From an uncultured bacterium (GTDB taxonomy: Bacteria; Oederibacteriota; PGYV01; CAWJRG01), in assembly GCA_963845185.1 (NCBI GenBank), contig CAWJRG010000010.1, positions 672,001 to 736,000 on the forward strand: 64,000 bases of DNA. The letters are read 5' to 3'. Both the position numbers and the translations under genes were made by a program. This document shows, in pieces, positions 27,737 to 38,048 of this stretch; the stretch's first letter is position 1, and every line of letters begins with the position of its first letter. Under the pieces are notes generated by a model, which ran no database searches, was not told the DNA's origin, and saw nothing but the letters and a program-made list of their open reading frames with translations.

Positions 27737-28504
27737 TTACCAGTTTATGTCGTCAAAAAGAATTGTCTCTGAAGATGTAGCTGCAGTCGCGCCGGTATTA
27801 GAATATATCTGCATTCCAACCTGGATAATCGCTGTAATATCGTCGTTGGTCAATGTTGCAGGCAGAACCCAGCTATACTGCTGCCATCCCGCTGCGGTAA
27901 TATTGATATAAGTTGCGTCCCAGCCGTACGCTGCGCTCTGGGCGTATATATCAACCTGATAATTACCACCGGTCATGTCTGCCGGAACATTTATCCAGCA
28001 TGAAATCGTTTTGCCGGTAAAATCTGCCGGAGTTGAGCTGAAATTGGTGTTTATATCACCTTTAACAGGAACAGTGGAATAATCTCCTGTAAACTGCATA
28101 CAGCCTGTGCTTCCGTTATGGCCTGCGCCTGCAGTAGTATTCCAGGTTTTTGCCGATAAGGCTGCGTTATCACCTGCTAAATTCCAACTCGGCGTTTGGT
28201 CTGTATCGAAACAAAACAGCGCATTACAAGGAACCGCTGTCGGGACTGCTGTTGGAACTGCTGTCGGAACCGCTGTATCTACTGCAGTCGGAACTGCCGT
28301 TGGAACTGCAGTCGTAACCGCTGTTGGTACTGCCGTTGGAACTGCTGTATTAGTAGACGTTACTGTAGCTGTCACTGTTTTTGTAGATGGTACCGCTGTC
28401 TTTGTCGGCGAAGGTGCTGTTACTGCCTTCCTGCCGCATGACACTGCAATTAATAAAGCTAAAACTGTGAATCCTAAAACAATATTCATTGAAAATTTTT
28501 TCAT
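27737..28504 (-). CDS. Lipoprotein with (TAVP)n stalk and carbohydrate-binding-like domain
   Basis: Lipobox AVSC; repeated TAVP units; aromatic beta-sandwich ending ILFDDINW. Confidence 0.75.
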   Translation of the reverse strand: MKKFSMNIVLGFTVLALLIAVSCGRKAVTAPSPTKTAVPSTKTVTATVTSTNTAVPTAVPTAVTTAVPTAVPTAVDTAVPTAVPTAVPTAVPCNALFCFDTDQTPSWNLAGDNAALSAKTWNTTAGAGHNGSTGCMQFTGDYSTVPVKGDINTNFSSTPADFTGKTISCWINVPADMTGGNYQVDIYAQSAAYGWDATYINITAAGWQQYSWVLPATLTNDDITAIIQVGMQIYSNTGATAATSSETILFDDINW

Positions 28505-28693
28505 TTTGTCACCTCCTTTCTTTTTATTCTTTTTAGATTTTTTTTACTTTGGGTAAATTGTACTTTTATATTATTAAGATTTGATTAAGAAATATTAAAT
28601 TTTCCTTAAGTTAAATAACGGGGAATAATGTTGGTTAATTTTCATGTTTGGAATAAATGATTTTGGAATTTTTATAAGGGGGTTGGTTATTAA

Positions 28694-30412
28694 TTATACC
28701 GGCAGTGTCAAAATGAATTTCGTGCCTGCGCCGTACCTGCTGTCGACCTTTATTTCGCCCCTGTGCAGAAGCGCTATGTGTTTTACAATCGCAAGGCCGA
28801 GCCCGGTGCCGCCCATTTTTCTGGAGCGCGACGCATCCACGACATAAAACCTTTCGAAAATCCGCGGCAAATGCTCTTCGGGTATTCCTATGCCCGTATC
28901 CTGGATTTCAACGGTAACGTTGTTATCCTGGTTTTTTAAATTTATGGTTATCCTGCCTTTTTCAGTGTACTTGACTGCGTTGTCGATAAGGTTGATAAAT
29001 GCCTGCTCGAGCTTGAAAGAATCGCCTTTTATCATCGGGATATTTTCTTCATTTTTTAATGTTATTTCTATCCCCTTGTCTTTTGCCTTCTGCTCAAAAA
29101 GCTTTATTGCGGTATTTATTGACTGCATCAAATCGACCTTTTCCTCGACGATTCCTTTTTCCTCAAGCTCTGACAGCAAAAGCAGGTCGTTTACTATATT
29201 GATTACCCTTTCGGTATTTTTCTTTATTATGTCTAGGTAATGCCTGTTTTCCTCGTCAACGCTGCTTTCCATGGTCTCAACAAATCCCTTTATGGCAGTA
29301 AGCGGGGTTTTCAGCTCGTGCGAAACATTTGATACAAAATCCTTTTTTATTTTTTCCACCCTGCTGATTTCGGTGATGTCGTTAAATACAGCCATTATTT
29401 CATTCCTGTTCTGCAAATATGCCGCGCTCACCAGGTAAATCCTCTGGTTTATGTCAATCTGCTCGGTTATGCTTGTCTTGTCTTTTATGCTTCTTGCAAA
29501 CAGGTCGTTGAATTTCATTGATTTTAATACTTCCCACGAACGCTTGCCTTCGGGCGCTTCATCCTGCGCGATTTTTTTAAAGCTCTCGTTGCACATCAGG
29601 ATTTTTTCCTTGTCGTCTGCCAGGAGCAGGCCTTCCTTCATTGAAGAAATCACGCCGTCCAGCTCCTCGGTGCGGAAATTCAGCTCCTCAAAAAGGGTTT
29701 TTATTTCCGTGGACATGTTGTTGAAACTGTCCGCCAGTTCCTTAAACTCGCCTTTCCCCTCCGAGGGGACCTTCACTCCGAAATTTCCCGAGGCTATTTC
29801 CCTTGCGCCTGATGCCAGGCTGTTTATCGGGCCCGCGAATGTCCGCGCGAAAAAATATGAAACCGCAAGGGATAAAATTACTATGAGCAATGATATGCCG
29901 GCTATGCTTTTTTGAAGCTGCTCCAGAAGGCTGTTCACCTGGCGTAAAAATACGCTTACCCTGAGTATGGCAATGATTTTTCCGTTTTTTTCCAAAGGCA
30001 TAGCAACGTAAAGCATCCTGTCCTTTAACGTGTAGCTAAACCGCATGGATTTGCCTATGCCGTTTTTGAGCGCCTGCTTGACTTCATCCCTGTTCTTGTG
30101 GTTTTCCATCAAAGCAGGGTCCATCTCCGAGTCTGCCAGCACCCTGCCGTCCGGCGCTATGACCGTGATTCTCGTGTCTATCTGCCGCCGCATTGCCTTT
30201 ACAAATGCATCCATTTCCTTTGTTTTGTTTTTCTCAAGCAGCGGCATTATCTCGTCCTTAAGCATGAAAGTGTCGTTTTTCAGGCTTGTTGTTTCCCAGC
30301 TTATGTAATGGGACCTGATTATTATGTAGGAAAAAATTATTATGAGGCTTGAAAGCGCCGCAATAAGCAAAAGGTATCTTAAAAAAAGCCTGTAAAAAAT
30401 TGTGTTCTTCAT
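28694..30412 (-). CDS. phoR: Phosphate regulon sensor kinase (HAMP-PAS-HisKA-HATPase)
   Basis: DFVSNVSHELKTPLT, NLIDNAVKY, DTGIGI, RIFERFY, GGTGLGLAIVKH. Confidence 0.9.
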   Translation of the reverse strand: MKNTIFYRLFLRYLLLIAALSSLIIIFSYIIIRSHYISWETTSLKNDTFMLKDEIMPLLEKNKTKEMDAFVKAMRRQIDTRITVIAPDGRVLADSEMDPALMENHKNRDEVKQALKNGIGKSMRFSYTLKDRMLYVAMPLEKNGKIIAILRVSVFLRQVNSLLEQLQKSIAGISLLIVILSLAVSYFFARTFAGPINSLASGAREIASGNFGVKVPSEGKGEFKELADSFNNMSTEIKTLFEELNFRTEELDGVISSMKEGLLLADDKEKILMCNESFKKIAQDEAPEGKRSWEVLKSMKFNDLFARSIKDKTSITEQIDINQRIYLVSAAYLQNRNEIMAVFNDITEISRVEKIKKDFVSNVSHELKTPLTAIKGFVETMESSVDEENRHYLDIIKKNTERVINIVNDLLLLSELEEKGIVEEKVDLMQSINTAIKLFEQKAKDKGIEITLKNEENIPMIKGDSFKLEQAFINLIDNAVKYTEKGRITINLKNQDNNVTVEIQDTGIGIPEEHLPRIFERFYVVDASRSRKMGGTGLGLAIVKHIALLHRGEIKVDSRYGAGTKFILTLPV

Positions 30413-31089
30413 TCTTCCAGCTTATAACCTACCCCTCTTATGTTTTTTACCAGTTTCCCGCCAACGCCTAGTTTTTCCCTAAGGTGCTTTATGTGCACGT
30501 CTATTGTCCTGTCCACCACTATTTTTTCGTCTCCCCACAGCAAGTCAAGAAGCTGCTCGCGCGAAAAAACCCTTCCTGGCTTTTCCATGAGTATTGTAAG
30601 TATCTTAAACTCGGTGGATGTCAGCTCGACTTTTTCGCCCTTTACGTATGCTTCAAACTTTTCAGGGTCTATTTTCAGTATTCCGCCGCGCTCGATGCCC
30701 GTGTTTTTTTCTTTTCTTTCTTTCCGCCGCAGCACTGCTTTTACCCGGGCAGTCAGCTCCCTGGGCGAAAACGGCTTTGGCACATAATCATCTGCGCCCA
30801 TTTCAAGCCCCAATACCCTGTCGGTTTCGTCTGTTTTTGCAGTAAGCATTATTATGGGTATGTCGCTGAACTTGTCGTCTTTTTTTATGATTTTGCATAC
30901 TTCGATGCCGTCCATGCCGGGCATCATTATGTCAAGAATTGCCAGGTCGGGCTTTGATTTGGAAAGGGATTTTATGAAGGAATTCCCGTTTGAAAATTCT
31001 TTTATTTTAAAACCTGCTTTTTTAAGGTTTACTGACACCAGTTCCCTTATATCGTCTTCGTCGTCAATTATTGCTATAAGGTTTTCCAT
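30409..31089 (-). CDS. phoB: OmpR-family response regulator, PhoB/PhoP type
   Basis: LDIMMPG, MLTAK, GADDY.PKPF, RTIDVHIKHLREKL, RGVGYK. Confidence 0.88.
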   Translation of the reverse strand: MENLIAIIDDEDDIRELVSVNLKKAGFKIKEFSNGNSFIKSLSKSKPDLAILDIMMPGMDGIEVCKIIKKDDKFSDIPIIMLTAKTDETDRVLGLEMGADDYVPKPFSPRELTARVKAVLRRKERKEKNTGIERGGILKIDPEKFEAYVKGEKVELTSTEFKILTILMEKPGRVFSREQLLDLLWGDEKIVVDRTIDVHIKHLREKLGVGGKLVKNIRGVGYKLEE

Positions 31090-31124
31090 AAGGCACCGCC
31101 TTTCCTGCATATTATACAATAAAT

Positions 31125-32000
31125 TTAGTTAATTATTTTTGTCTTTTTTGTTAATTTATTGTAAAGAAAAAGCAGTATGTTCAGTATTAAAAGTCCGGCA
31201 AAACCCGCAGCTCCGGTTACGCCTACGGTAAGGTCGTTCCCGCCTTTGATATACAACAGCGCGAAACCTGCAGAAGCGTTCAAAGTGCCGTGCATTATGG
31301 ATGTGGCTATAACCGAGCCTGTTTTTAGCCTAATAAAATGGAAAAGCGGCGACAAAAGCATGCACCACAGTACCATAAAAAGCACGCCGATTTTATGGTG
31401 CTGGAAGTAATTATGCCCCTGCAGTATTATGGGCGCGTGCCATATTCCCCAGAGAAAGCCCGTGTAAAGCGACGCCTTATAAAAGCCCTTGTCCTTGAGC
31501 TCATTGAATAAAAAACCCCTCCAGCCTGTTTCCTCGCCAAAGGCTGCCAGGGCATTTACGGTAATTCCTGCAATCAGGGCCTGCGGTATGGCTATAAAAA
31601 TGTAATTTACAGGCAGGCCCTGCATCTGGCTTTTTATCAAATCCATTTTTCCCTTTGTCATGATATTCTGGAACCTGTTTATGCCTGACATGTCAGGCGC
31701 AAACGCAGTGCCCGGAAAAAGCAGGCCAATGCCAAGAGAGATAAATGAGTATATCAAAGGCATGAGCCAGGCAACTATATACCAGCCGCTGAACCTGAAT
31801 CCTATGCCGATTTCCTTAAAGGATTCTTTGTAAACGGCCTTTTTTAAAATGACTGTGGTCAAAAGCGGCAAGAACATGTATACAACCGTAAGCAATGTCC
31901 CGACAGTGCTCCTGTAAGGGAAAATAATATAAATCAGCGAAAACAAATAGGAAATACCAAGCACAAGCACTGTGTAAGATAATATTCTGTTTTTAAACAT
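31125..32000 (-). CDS. CPBP/Abi family intramembrane metalloprotease
   Basis: GEETGWRG, WGIWHAP, MHGTLN. Confidence 0.88.
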   Translation of the reverse strand: MFKNRILSYTVLVLGISYLFSLIYIIFPYRSTVGTLLTVVYMFLPLLTTVILKKAVYKESFKEIGIGFRFSGWYIVAWLMPLIYSFISLGIGLLFPGTAFAPDMSGINRFQNIMTKGKMDLIKSQMQGLPVNYIFIAIPQALIAGITVNALAAFGEETGWRGFLFNELKDKGFYKASLYTGFLWGIWHAPIILQGHNYFQHHKIGVLFMVLWCMLLSPLFHFIRLKTGSVIATSIMHGTLNASAGFALLYIKGGNDLTVGVTGAAGFAGLLILNILLFLYNKLTKKTKIIN

Positions 32001-32057
32001 TGTTATTACCTCGAGGGTTATTGCTGAATAAGTTACCACTAACTTTTTTATAATACC

Positions 32058-32214
32058 CCTTCCCCCTCGACGGGGGAAGGCTGGGATGAGGGTGATGTAG
32101 CAGCTGAAAGTATTTTACTTTTCACCCATACTTTAATGCCATTTTGCCGCTGCTTCACCCTCTCCTTTTTCCTCTCCCATCGAGGGAGAGGATACCACCG
32201 ACTTTAGTCGGTGG
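32058..32214. repeat. Inverted REP pair (MITE-like) plus an extra palindrome
   Basis: CCTTCCCCCTCGACGGGGGAAGG..GGGTG ... CACCC..CCTCTCCC..GGGAGAGG; then CCACCGACTTTAGTCGGTGG. Confidence 0.75.
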
Positions 32215-32238
32215 ATTAGATTTTCATTAAACTCTCAA

Positions 32239-32925
32239 TTACAATTTCACGCTGTATATCATTATCCCGCCCGGGTCATATTCTATTTTTTTAATGGGCT
32301 TGCCGCTGCGGTATTCAATCTCGACTTTTAAATTGCCTGTTTCGTAATATGCCTTGAAACTGCCCTCTTCTTTTCCGTCCCTGTAATAAACTTCGCTTTT
32401 TAGAAACTTGTTTTTATAGTATGACCTGCTCATGCCGCTCATTTTGCCGAATACGTAGGGCAGCTCGAGCATTAAAACTCCGTCCCTGTAATACCATTTT
32501 TCAACGCCGTTTTTAATCCCCCTTTTGTAAGGTGTCTCGCTTTTAATCTCGCCTGACTCGTAATACTCTTTTTCGACGCCTTCCTTTATGCCTTCCACGT
32601 AAACGGTTTCAAACCACAACTCGCCTGTTTCATAAAATATTTTTTCAATGCCGTTGATTGTGCCTGATTCATAAGGCGCTTCCACCCATAAAACCCCGTT
32701 TTCATGATGCTGCTTCAGTATGCCTTCCTTTGGCATGCCGTCCGGCTCGTATTCAACCTGTTTTATCCTGAAATCCGTTTTATATTCTGTAACATTTTTC
32801 AAATTGCCGGACTCGTAGTACTCCCTTTCAATGCCGTCCTTTAAGTTATCTTTGTATGTGGTTTCTTTCCATAAAGCGCCGTTGTTGTAATATTCTTTCA
32901 TTATCCCGTTGAGTAGTTTAGCCAT
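32239..32925 (-). CDS. MORN-variant repeat protein (YwqK-like)
   Basis: Repeated G..KEYYESG.LK.E..Y units. Confidence 0.85.
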   Translation of the reverse strand: MAKLLNGIMKEYYNNGALWKETTYKDNLKDGIEREYYESGNLKNVTEYKTDFRIKQVEYEPDGMPKEGILKQHHENGVLWVEAPYESGTINGIEKIFYETGELWFETVYVEGIKEGVEKEYYESGEIKSETPYKRGIKNGVEKWYYRDGVLMLELPYVFGKMSGMSRSYYKNKFLKSEVYYRDGKEEGSFKAYYETGNLKVEIEYRSGKPIKKIEYDPGGIMIYSVKL

Positions 32926-32953
32926 GATTTTTTACCCTATTCCCTAAGTGAAG

Positions 32954-33028
32954 TGGAGGCGGCGATCGGAATTGAACCGATGAATAAGGGTTTTGCAGAC
33001 CCGTGCCTTACCACTTGGCTACGCCGCC
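32954..33028 (-). tRNA. tRNA-Cys (GCA)
   Basis: GGCGGCGTAGCCAAGTGGTAAGGC..CTGCAAA..GGTTCAATTCC..CGCCGCCTCCA; cloverleaf with encoded CCA. Confidence 0.97.
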
Positions 33029-33062
33029 TGTTGCGTTTTGAATGATTAAATATACTTCTAAA

Positions 33063-34322
33063 CTAAGTGCCTTCCTGCCATGAACTTAAATATTTTACCT
33101 GCTCCGGCGTAAGTTTCTCGAGCTTTACGCCCATTGACTTTAATTTCAGTTTCGCTATTTTCCTGTCTATATCTTCAGGGACATTATAAACTTTTTTCTG
33201 AAGTTTCTTGCCCATTTTAACCATGTATTCAGCGCCTTTTGCCTGGTTTGCAAAGCTCATATCCATGACCATTGCCGGGTGGCCTTCTGCAGCCGCGAGG
33301 TTTACCAGCCTGCCCTCTGCGAGCGCACTAATTGTCCTGCCGTTTTTAAGCTTGTATTCGACGACAAAAGCCCTGGGCACTTTTTTTGATACGGCAATTT
33401 TTTCAAGCGCCGACAAATCGATTTCCACGTTGAAATGGCCTGAGTTTGCCACTATTGCCCCGTCTTTCATTTTTAAGAAATGTTCTTTTCTTATTACGTT
33501 TATGTCTCCGGTAACCGTAACAAAAATATCTCCTTTGGCAGAAGCTTCAGACATGGGCATGACTGAATACCCGTCCATCCTTGCCTCGAGCGCTTTTATC
33601 GGGTCTATTTCAGTAACTATAACGTTTGCGCCAGCACCGGACGCCCTCATAGCCAGGCCTTTGCCGCACCAGCCGTAGCCTGCTATCACAAAATTCAGCC
33701 CCGCAATAAGCGAATTTGTGGCGCGTAAAATGCCGTCTATGGTCGACTGGCCCGTACCGTACCTGTTGTCAAAAAAATGTTTTGTCATTGCCTCGTTTAC
33801 CGCTATTATCGGGTAAGCAAGCACACCGTCTTTTTCCATTGCTTTTAACCTTATCACGCCTGTCGTTGTCTCTTCTGTGCCGCCTATTATTCCCGGAATG
33901 AGGTGCCTGTGTGTCTTGTGTATCACTGAAACTGTATCTGCGCCGTCGTCCATGGTCATGGTGGGCTTGTATGCCAGGGCCGAAAGTATATGAGAATAAT
34001 AAACCTTGTTTGACTCGCCTTTGATAGCGAACACGGGGATTTTGAAATGCTTGACAAGCGCTGCTGCCACGTCATCCTGCGTGGACAGCGGGTTAGACGC
34101 ACAGGCAACCACGTTTGCGCCTCCCTCTTTCAATGTCCACAATAGGTTTGCCGTTTCTGTGGTAATGTGAAGGCATGCCACAAGTGTCTGGCCGCTTAAA
34201 GGCTTGCTTTTCTTAAAATCCTGCCTTATAAGCCGCAGGACCGGCATGTTTTTTTCGCTCCATTCTATCCTTTTTTTTCCTGCTTCAGCAAGTTTTAAAT
34301 TTTTTACGTCGTATTTTTTCAT
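33063..34322 (-). CDS. ahcY: Adenosylhomocysteinase
   Basis: [46 protein letters not shown]. Confidence 0.97.
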   Translation of the reverse strand: MKKYDVKNLKLAEAGKKRIEWSEKNMPVLRLIRQDFKKSKPLSGQTLVACLHITTETANLLWTLKEGGANVVACASNPLSTQDDVAAALVKHFKIPVFAIKGESNKVYYSHILSALAYKPTMTMDDGADTVSVIHKTHRHLIPGIIGGTEETTTGVIRLKAMEKDGVLAYPIIAVNEAMTKHFFDNRYGTGQSTIDGILRATNSLIAGLNFVIAGYGWCGKGLAMRASGAGANVIVTEIDPIKALEARMDGYSVMPMSEASAKGDIFVTVTGDINVIRKEHFLKMKDGAIVANSGHFNVEIDLSALEKIAVSKKVPRAFVVEYKLKNGRTISALAEGRLVNLAAAEGHPAMVMDMSFANQAKGAEYMVKMGKKLQKKVYNVPEDIDRKIAKLKLKSMGVKLEKLTPEQVKYLSSWQEGT

Positions 34323-34341
34323 TTATGCCTCCGTAAACTTT

Positions 34342-34481
34342 CCTTCCCCCTCGATGGGGGAAGGTCAGGATGGGGGTGAAGTAGCGGCTACACTCAAATA
34401 ATGAGCAATGCTATTTTTTAATAAATAGTTTTTACTGCTTCTTCACCCTCACCCTTTACCCTCTCCCGTCAAGGGAGAGGG
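34342..34481. repeat. Inverted REP pair (MITE-like), second copy
   Basis: CCTTCCCCCTCGATGGGGGAAGG..GGGGGTG ... CACCCTCACCC..CTCTCCC..GGGAGAGGG. Confidence 0.75.
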
Positions 34482-34514
34482 TATAAAATTGGTTAGTCTC
34501 CAAATTTAATATTT

Positions 34515-35723
34515 TTATTTTTTTGTTTTGCTTTTCTTTTTACTTTTTGCCTTTTTTGCTTTAACTTTTGGTTTTGCGCCGAAAGCTTCTTTTCTCATGG
34601 CAGCCGCCACGTCTGTGCTTTCCCATGTAAAATCCTTGTCATTTTTTCCAAAAGGGCCATAAGAAGCGGATTTTTTATATATCGGCCTGCGCAGGTTCAA
34701 TGTTTCCATTATTCCTTTTGGTGTAAGCTTGAAGTACCTTCTCACAAGCTCTGATATTTTTTTTTCGTCCACCTTGCCTGTGCCGAAAGTATTTATCATG
34801 ACAGACGTGGGCTCAGCCACTCCAATGGCGTAGGAAAGCTGAACCTCACACCTTTTTGCCAGTCCCGCGGCAACAATATTCTTTGCTATGTACCTTGCCA
34901 TGTAAGAAGCTGACCTGTCCACTTTCGACGGGTCTTTTCCGGAAAACGCACCGCCTCCGTGCCTGCCCATGCCTCCATAGGTGTCAACAATTATTTTTCT
35001 ACCCGTCACGCCTGTGTCTCCGAGCGGCCCGCCCACCTCAAACCTGCCTGTGGGGTTCACGAATATTTTTGTCTTTGCTGAAACCATTCTTTTTGGTATG
35101 ACAGCATCTATGACAAACTGCTTTATGTCTTTTTGTATTGTTTTAAGTTCCACGCCAGGGCCGTGCTGGGCTGAAACAACAATTGCTGTCACAGCCACAG
35201 GGTTCCCGTGCTTGTACGCGACCGATACTTGCGATTTCCCGTCAGGCCTTAAATAAGGAATAATACCCTTTTCCCTTACTTCCTGCAGGCGCTGTGTAAG
35301 CCTGTCCGCCAGTGTTATTGGCAGCGGCATGAATTCATCTGTCTCGTCAGACGCGTAACCGAACATCATTCCCTGGTCACCTGCGCCGTCCCTGTCCACG
35401 CCCATCGCGATATCGGGCGACTGCTGGCTTATGGATATTAAGACCTTACAGGTATCAGCACCTATGCCTATTTCAGGGCTTGTATAGCCTATTTCCCTGA
35501 TTGTGTCCCTTGCTATTTTTTCATAATCGACTTTTGCTTTTGTAGTGATTTCCCCTGCAACGACTACAAGCTCTTTTGCAAGCAGGGTCTCGCATGCCAC
35601 CCTTGAGTACGGGTCCTGCGCAAGGACCGCGTCAAGAACAGCATCTGAAACCTGGTCAGCGACCTTGTCGGGATGGCCCGATGTGACTGATTCTGATGTA
35701 AAAAGCCCTTCTTTTATTTCCAT
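34515..35723 (-). CDS. metK: S-adenosylmethionine synthetase
   Basis: [45 protein letters not shown]. Confidence 0.98.
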   Translation of the reverse strand: MEIKEGLFTSESVTSGHPDKVADQVSDAVLDAVLAQDPYSRVACETLLAKELVVVAGEITTKAKVDYEKIARDTIREIGYTSPEIGIGADTCKVLISISQQSPDIAMGVDRDGAGDQGMMFGYASDETDEFMPLPITLADRLTQRLQEVREKGIIPYLRPDGKSQVSVAYKHGNPVAVTAIVVSAQHGPGVELKTIQKDIKQFVIDAVIPKRMVSAKTKIFVNPTGRFEVGGPLGDTGVTGRKIIVDTYGGMGRHGGGAFSGKDPSKVDRSASYMARYIAKNIVAAGLAKRCEVQLSYAIGVAEPTSVMINTFGTGKVDEKKISELVRRYFKLTPKGIMETLNLRRPIYKKSASYGPFGKNDKDFTWESTDVAAAMRKEAFGAKPKVKAKKAKSKKKSKTKK

Positions 35724-35737
35724 TTTTTGCCTCCTAA

Positions 35738-35832
35738 GAGTCCGTTGATTTTGCCAAGCGTCAACAGCGAAAGCAAAATCTTACGGAATCTTACACCCGC
35801 TCAAGTCCGAGTTCTATCCGGACAAGCGGTAT
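35738..35832 (-). repeat. Two-hairpin structured element, copy 5 (abuts metK SD)
   Basis: ATACCGCTTGTCC..GGACTTGAGCGGGTGT-AA-GATTCCGT-AA-GATTTTGC..GCAAAATC-A-ACGGACTC. Confidence 0.8.
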
Positions 35833-36007
35833 TTGATATCATGCTTTATTATTTACGCTAACTCTTAATTGATAATTTATATCATATATCTTATTGCTTT
35901 TCCATAAAAATATTATTGGAATTCCCTGCTTTTGAAGTGACTGGCTAAAAAATTATATTTGAATTTATTATTACGCAGTATAATAGCCTTTTTTTAGTTA
36001 ATTCCCG

Positions 36008-38035
36008 TTATTTCTTGCCTGTCGAAAGCCTGTCTGTCCTTTTTAACTTCCCTATTATATAACCTTTATCATCAATGCCTTCATGGTTAAATTCAAAAAC
36101 ATTATGCATCAATATGGTATCGCCTTCCATGCCTGTCAATTCTGATATATAAGTCACTTTTCTCGTGCCGTCTTTTAATCGGGACTGCTGGACAATTATG
36201 TCTATCGCGCTTTTTATCTGCTCCCTTATTGCTTTGACAGGCAAATCAACGCCTGCCATTAGGACCATGACTTCCATCCTGGAAAGCGCGTCCCTGGGTG
36301 AATTTGAATGAAGCGTTGTCATGGAACCCTCATGCCCGGTATTCATTGCCTGCAGCATGTCAAGAGTCTCGCCTCCTCGGCACTCTCCTACCACAATTCT
36401 GTCCGGCCTCATCCTTAATGCGTTCCTCACAAGGTCCCTTATTGTGACTTCTCCCCTGCCTTCTATATTTGCAGGCCTTGACTCAAGCCTGACAACATGT
36501 TCCTGGTTTAATTTTAATTCAGCCGAGTCCTCTATTGTCAATATCCTTTCGTCTTCCGGTATAAAAGACGACAGGACATTCAGCAGGGTTGTTTTGCCTG
36601 AGCCCGTGCCGCCTGATATAAGTATATTTTTTTTGCCGGCAACCGCGGCTTTTAAATACTCCGCGGCTTCAGGCGTAATACTCCCGTATTTCACAAGGTC
36701 GTCTGACGTGAGTTTCCTGTCTGAAAATTTTCTTATGGTCAGTACTGAACCGTCTATCGCGAGTGGAGGGATTATTGCGTTTACCCTTGAGCCGTCCGGC
36801 AGCCTCGCGTCTACATAAGGCTGGCTTTCGTCAATCCTCCTGCCGAGCGGCATGACAATCCTTTCGATTACCCTCCGCACGGTTTTCTCATCCGTGAATT
36901 TCTTGTCATAAAGAGTTAACCTGCCTTTTTTTTCGACATACACCTCATTGTATTTATTGACCATTATTTCACTTATTTCCCTGTCGACCAGCATATCCTC
37001 GATTATGCCAAGGCCAGTAACCTCGTTAAAAATATCTTTGGCAAGTACTTCCCTCGCGCTCCTGTCTGTTATGGTATTATCCATCCTGTCAAGTATGCTC
37101 CGTATTTTTGCCATTACGTTGTCAAACATCTGTTTTTTCTTTTCCGGATCGACCAGGGCATCCCTTTCCAGGTTCTTGATGTCAATCTCCTCGAACAATT
37201 CGTTATGTACGGCTTTTCTTAAGCTGCTGTATTTGTCGGTTTTTTCAACTTTTACGCTGCTTTTAACTGCAACCATTGCTGGTTCTTTTGATAGCAGCTG
37301 AGGTTCCGTTGTTTTTTCTTCAAGCGCAGTTTTATCAGCGTATTTTTCAAGCAGCTCAATATACGGCCTGGTAGACGGCATTGTTGCTATAATAGCCTCG
37401 ACAGATGCCTGCAATGATTTAATAAAGGCGCTTTTTTTGTTTTTATAATAATAAATCTCTCCCCTGCTGCCGCAGTCCTCGATTTCCTTTACAAAAGGCA
37501 GTATAGCCTGGACTTTTGTTTCCTTAAAGACTTCCTGCATATGTTCTATGATTATAAAATTATTTGTGTTTTTATTTACTATAATATTAAATAATGATGA
37601 TTGAAATTTTAAGTCAAGCAGCCTCTGCACGGTATACTGGGCATATTTTATATCAAGCGCGGTCATGGCAGTTGGTATTATAATTCTGTCGGATATTTCA
37701 AATATAATTTCCTCGGTTATCCCGTCAGTATCAATAATCAATATATCCAGTTTATCGTTGAACTTTTTAATTACTTCCCCAAATTTACTTTTGCCGGCCC
37801 ACAATAATGAAAATCTGTCTTTTGCCGGCAAATAATCATCAATATTTTTCTCCGCGCTGTATAAATGGCTTTTCTTCACGCCCGCATAAAGCTCAGTGTC
37901 ATATATTGCCTCGTTATAATCCAAAAAGCCGGTTTTTAATTTAAGCGCATCACTAAGTATTGCAGCAATATTAAGGCCTATTGTGGTTTTTCCTGTTCCT
38001 GATTTTTTATTTAGTAGTGTTATGATGTGCTTCAT
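36008..38035 (-). CDS. cpaF: Tad pilus ATPase CpaF/TadA fused to an N-terminal ParA/CpaE-like domain
   Basis: N-terminal KKSGTGKTT; C-terminal VDARLPDGSRVN, GGTGSGKTT, ALRMRPDRIVVGECRG, AMNTGH. Confidence 0.88.
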   Translation of the reverse strand: MKHIITLLNKKSGTGKTTIGLNIAAILSDALKLKTGFLDYNEAIYDTELYAGVKKSHLYSAEKNIDDYLPAKDRFSLLWAGKSKFGEVIKKFNDKLDILIIDTDGITEEIIFEISDRIIIPTAMTALDIKYAQYTVQRLLDLKFQSSLFNIIVNKNTNNFIIIEHMQEVFKETKVQAILPFVKEIEDCGSRGEIYYYKNKKSAFIKSLQASVEAIIATMPSTRPYIELLEKYADKTALEEKTTEPQLLSKEPAMVAVKSSVKVEKTDKYSSLRKAVHNELFEEIDIKNLERDALVDPEKKKQMFDNVMAKIRSILDRMDNTITDRSAREVLAKDIFNEVTGLGIIEDMLVDREISEIMVNKYNEVYVEKKGRLTLYDKKFTDEKTVRRVIERIVMPLGRRIDESQPYVDARLPDGSRVNAIIPPLAIDGSVLTIRKFSDRKLTSDDLVKYGSITPEAAEYLKAAVAGKKNILISGGTGSGKTTLLNVLSSFIPEDERILTIEDSAELKLNQEHVVRLESRPANIEGRGEVTIRDLVRNALRMRPDRIVVGECRGGETLDMLQAMNTGHEGSMTTLHSNSPRDALSRMEVMVLMAGVDLPVKAIREQIKSAIDIIVQQSRLKDGTRKVTYISELTGMEGDTILMHNVFEFNHEGIDDKGYIIGKLKRTDRLSTGKK

Positions 38036-38048
38036 GTTTTACCCCTAA

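Noticed and set aside
32954..33028. tRNA-Cys as attachment site of a pho/ars island
   Set aside because: No integrase and no duplicated tRNA 3' end seen in the window
35738..35832. SAM riboswitch upstream of metK
   Set aside because: Lacks SAM-I/II consensus; the same element precedes genes unrelated to SAM
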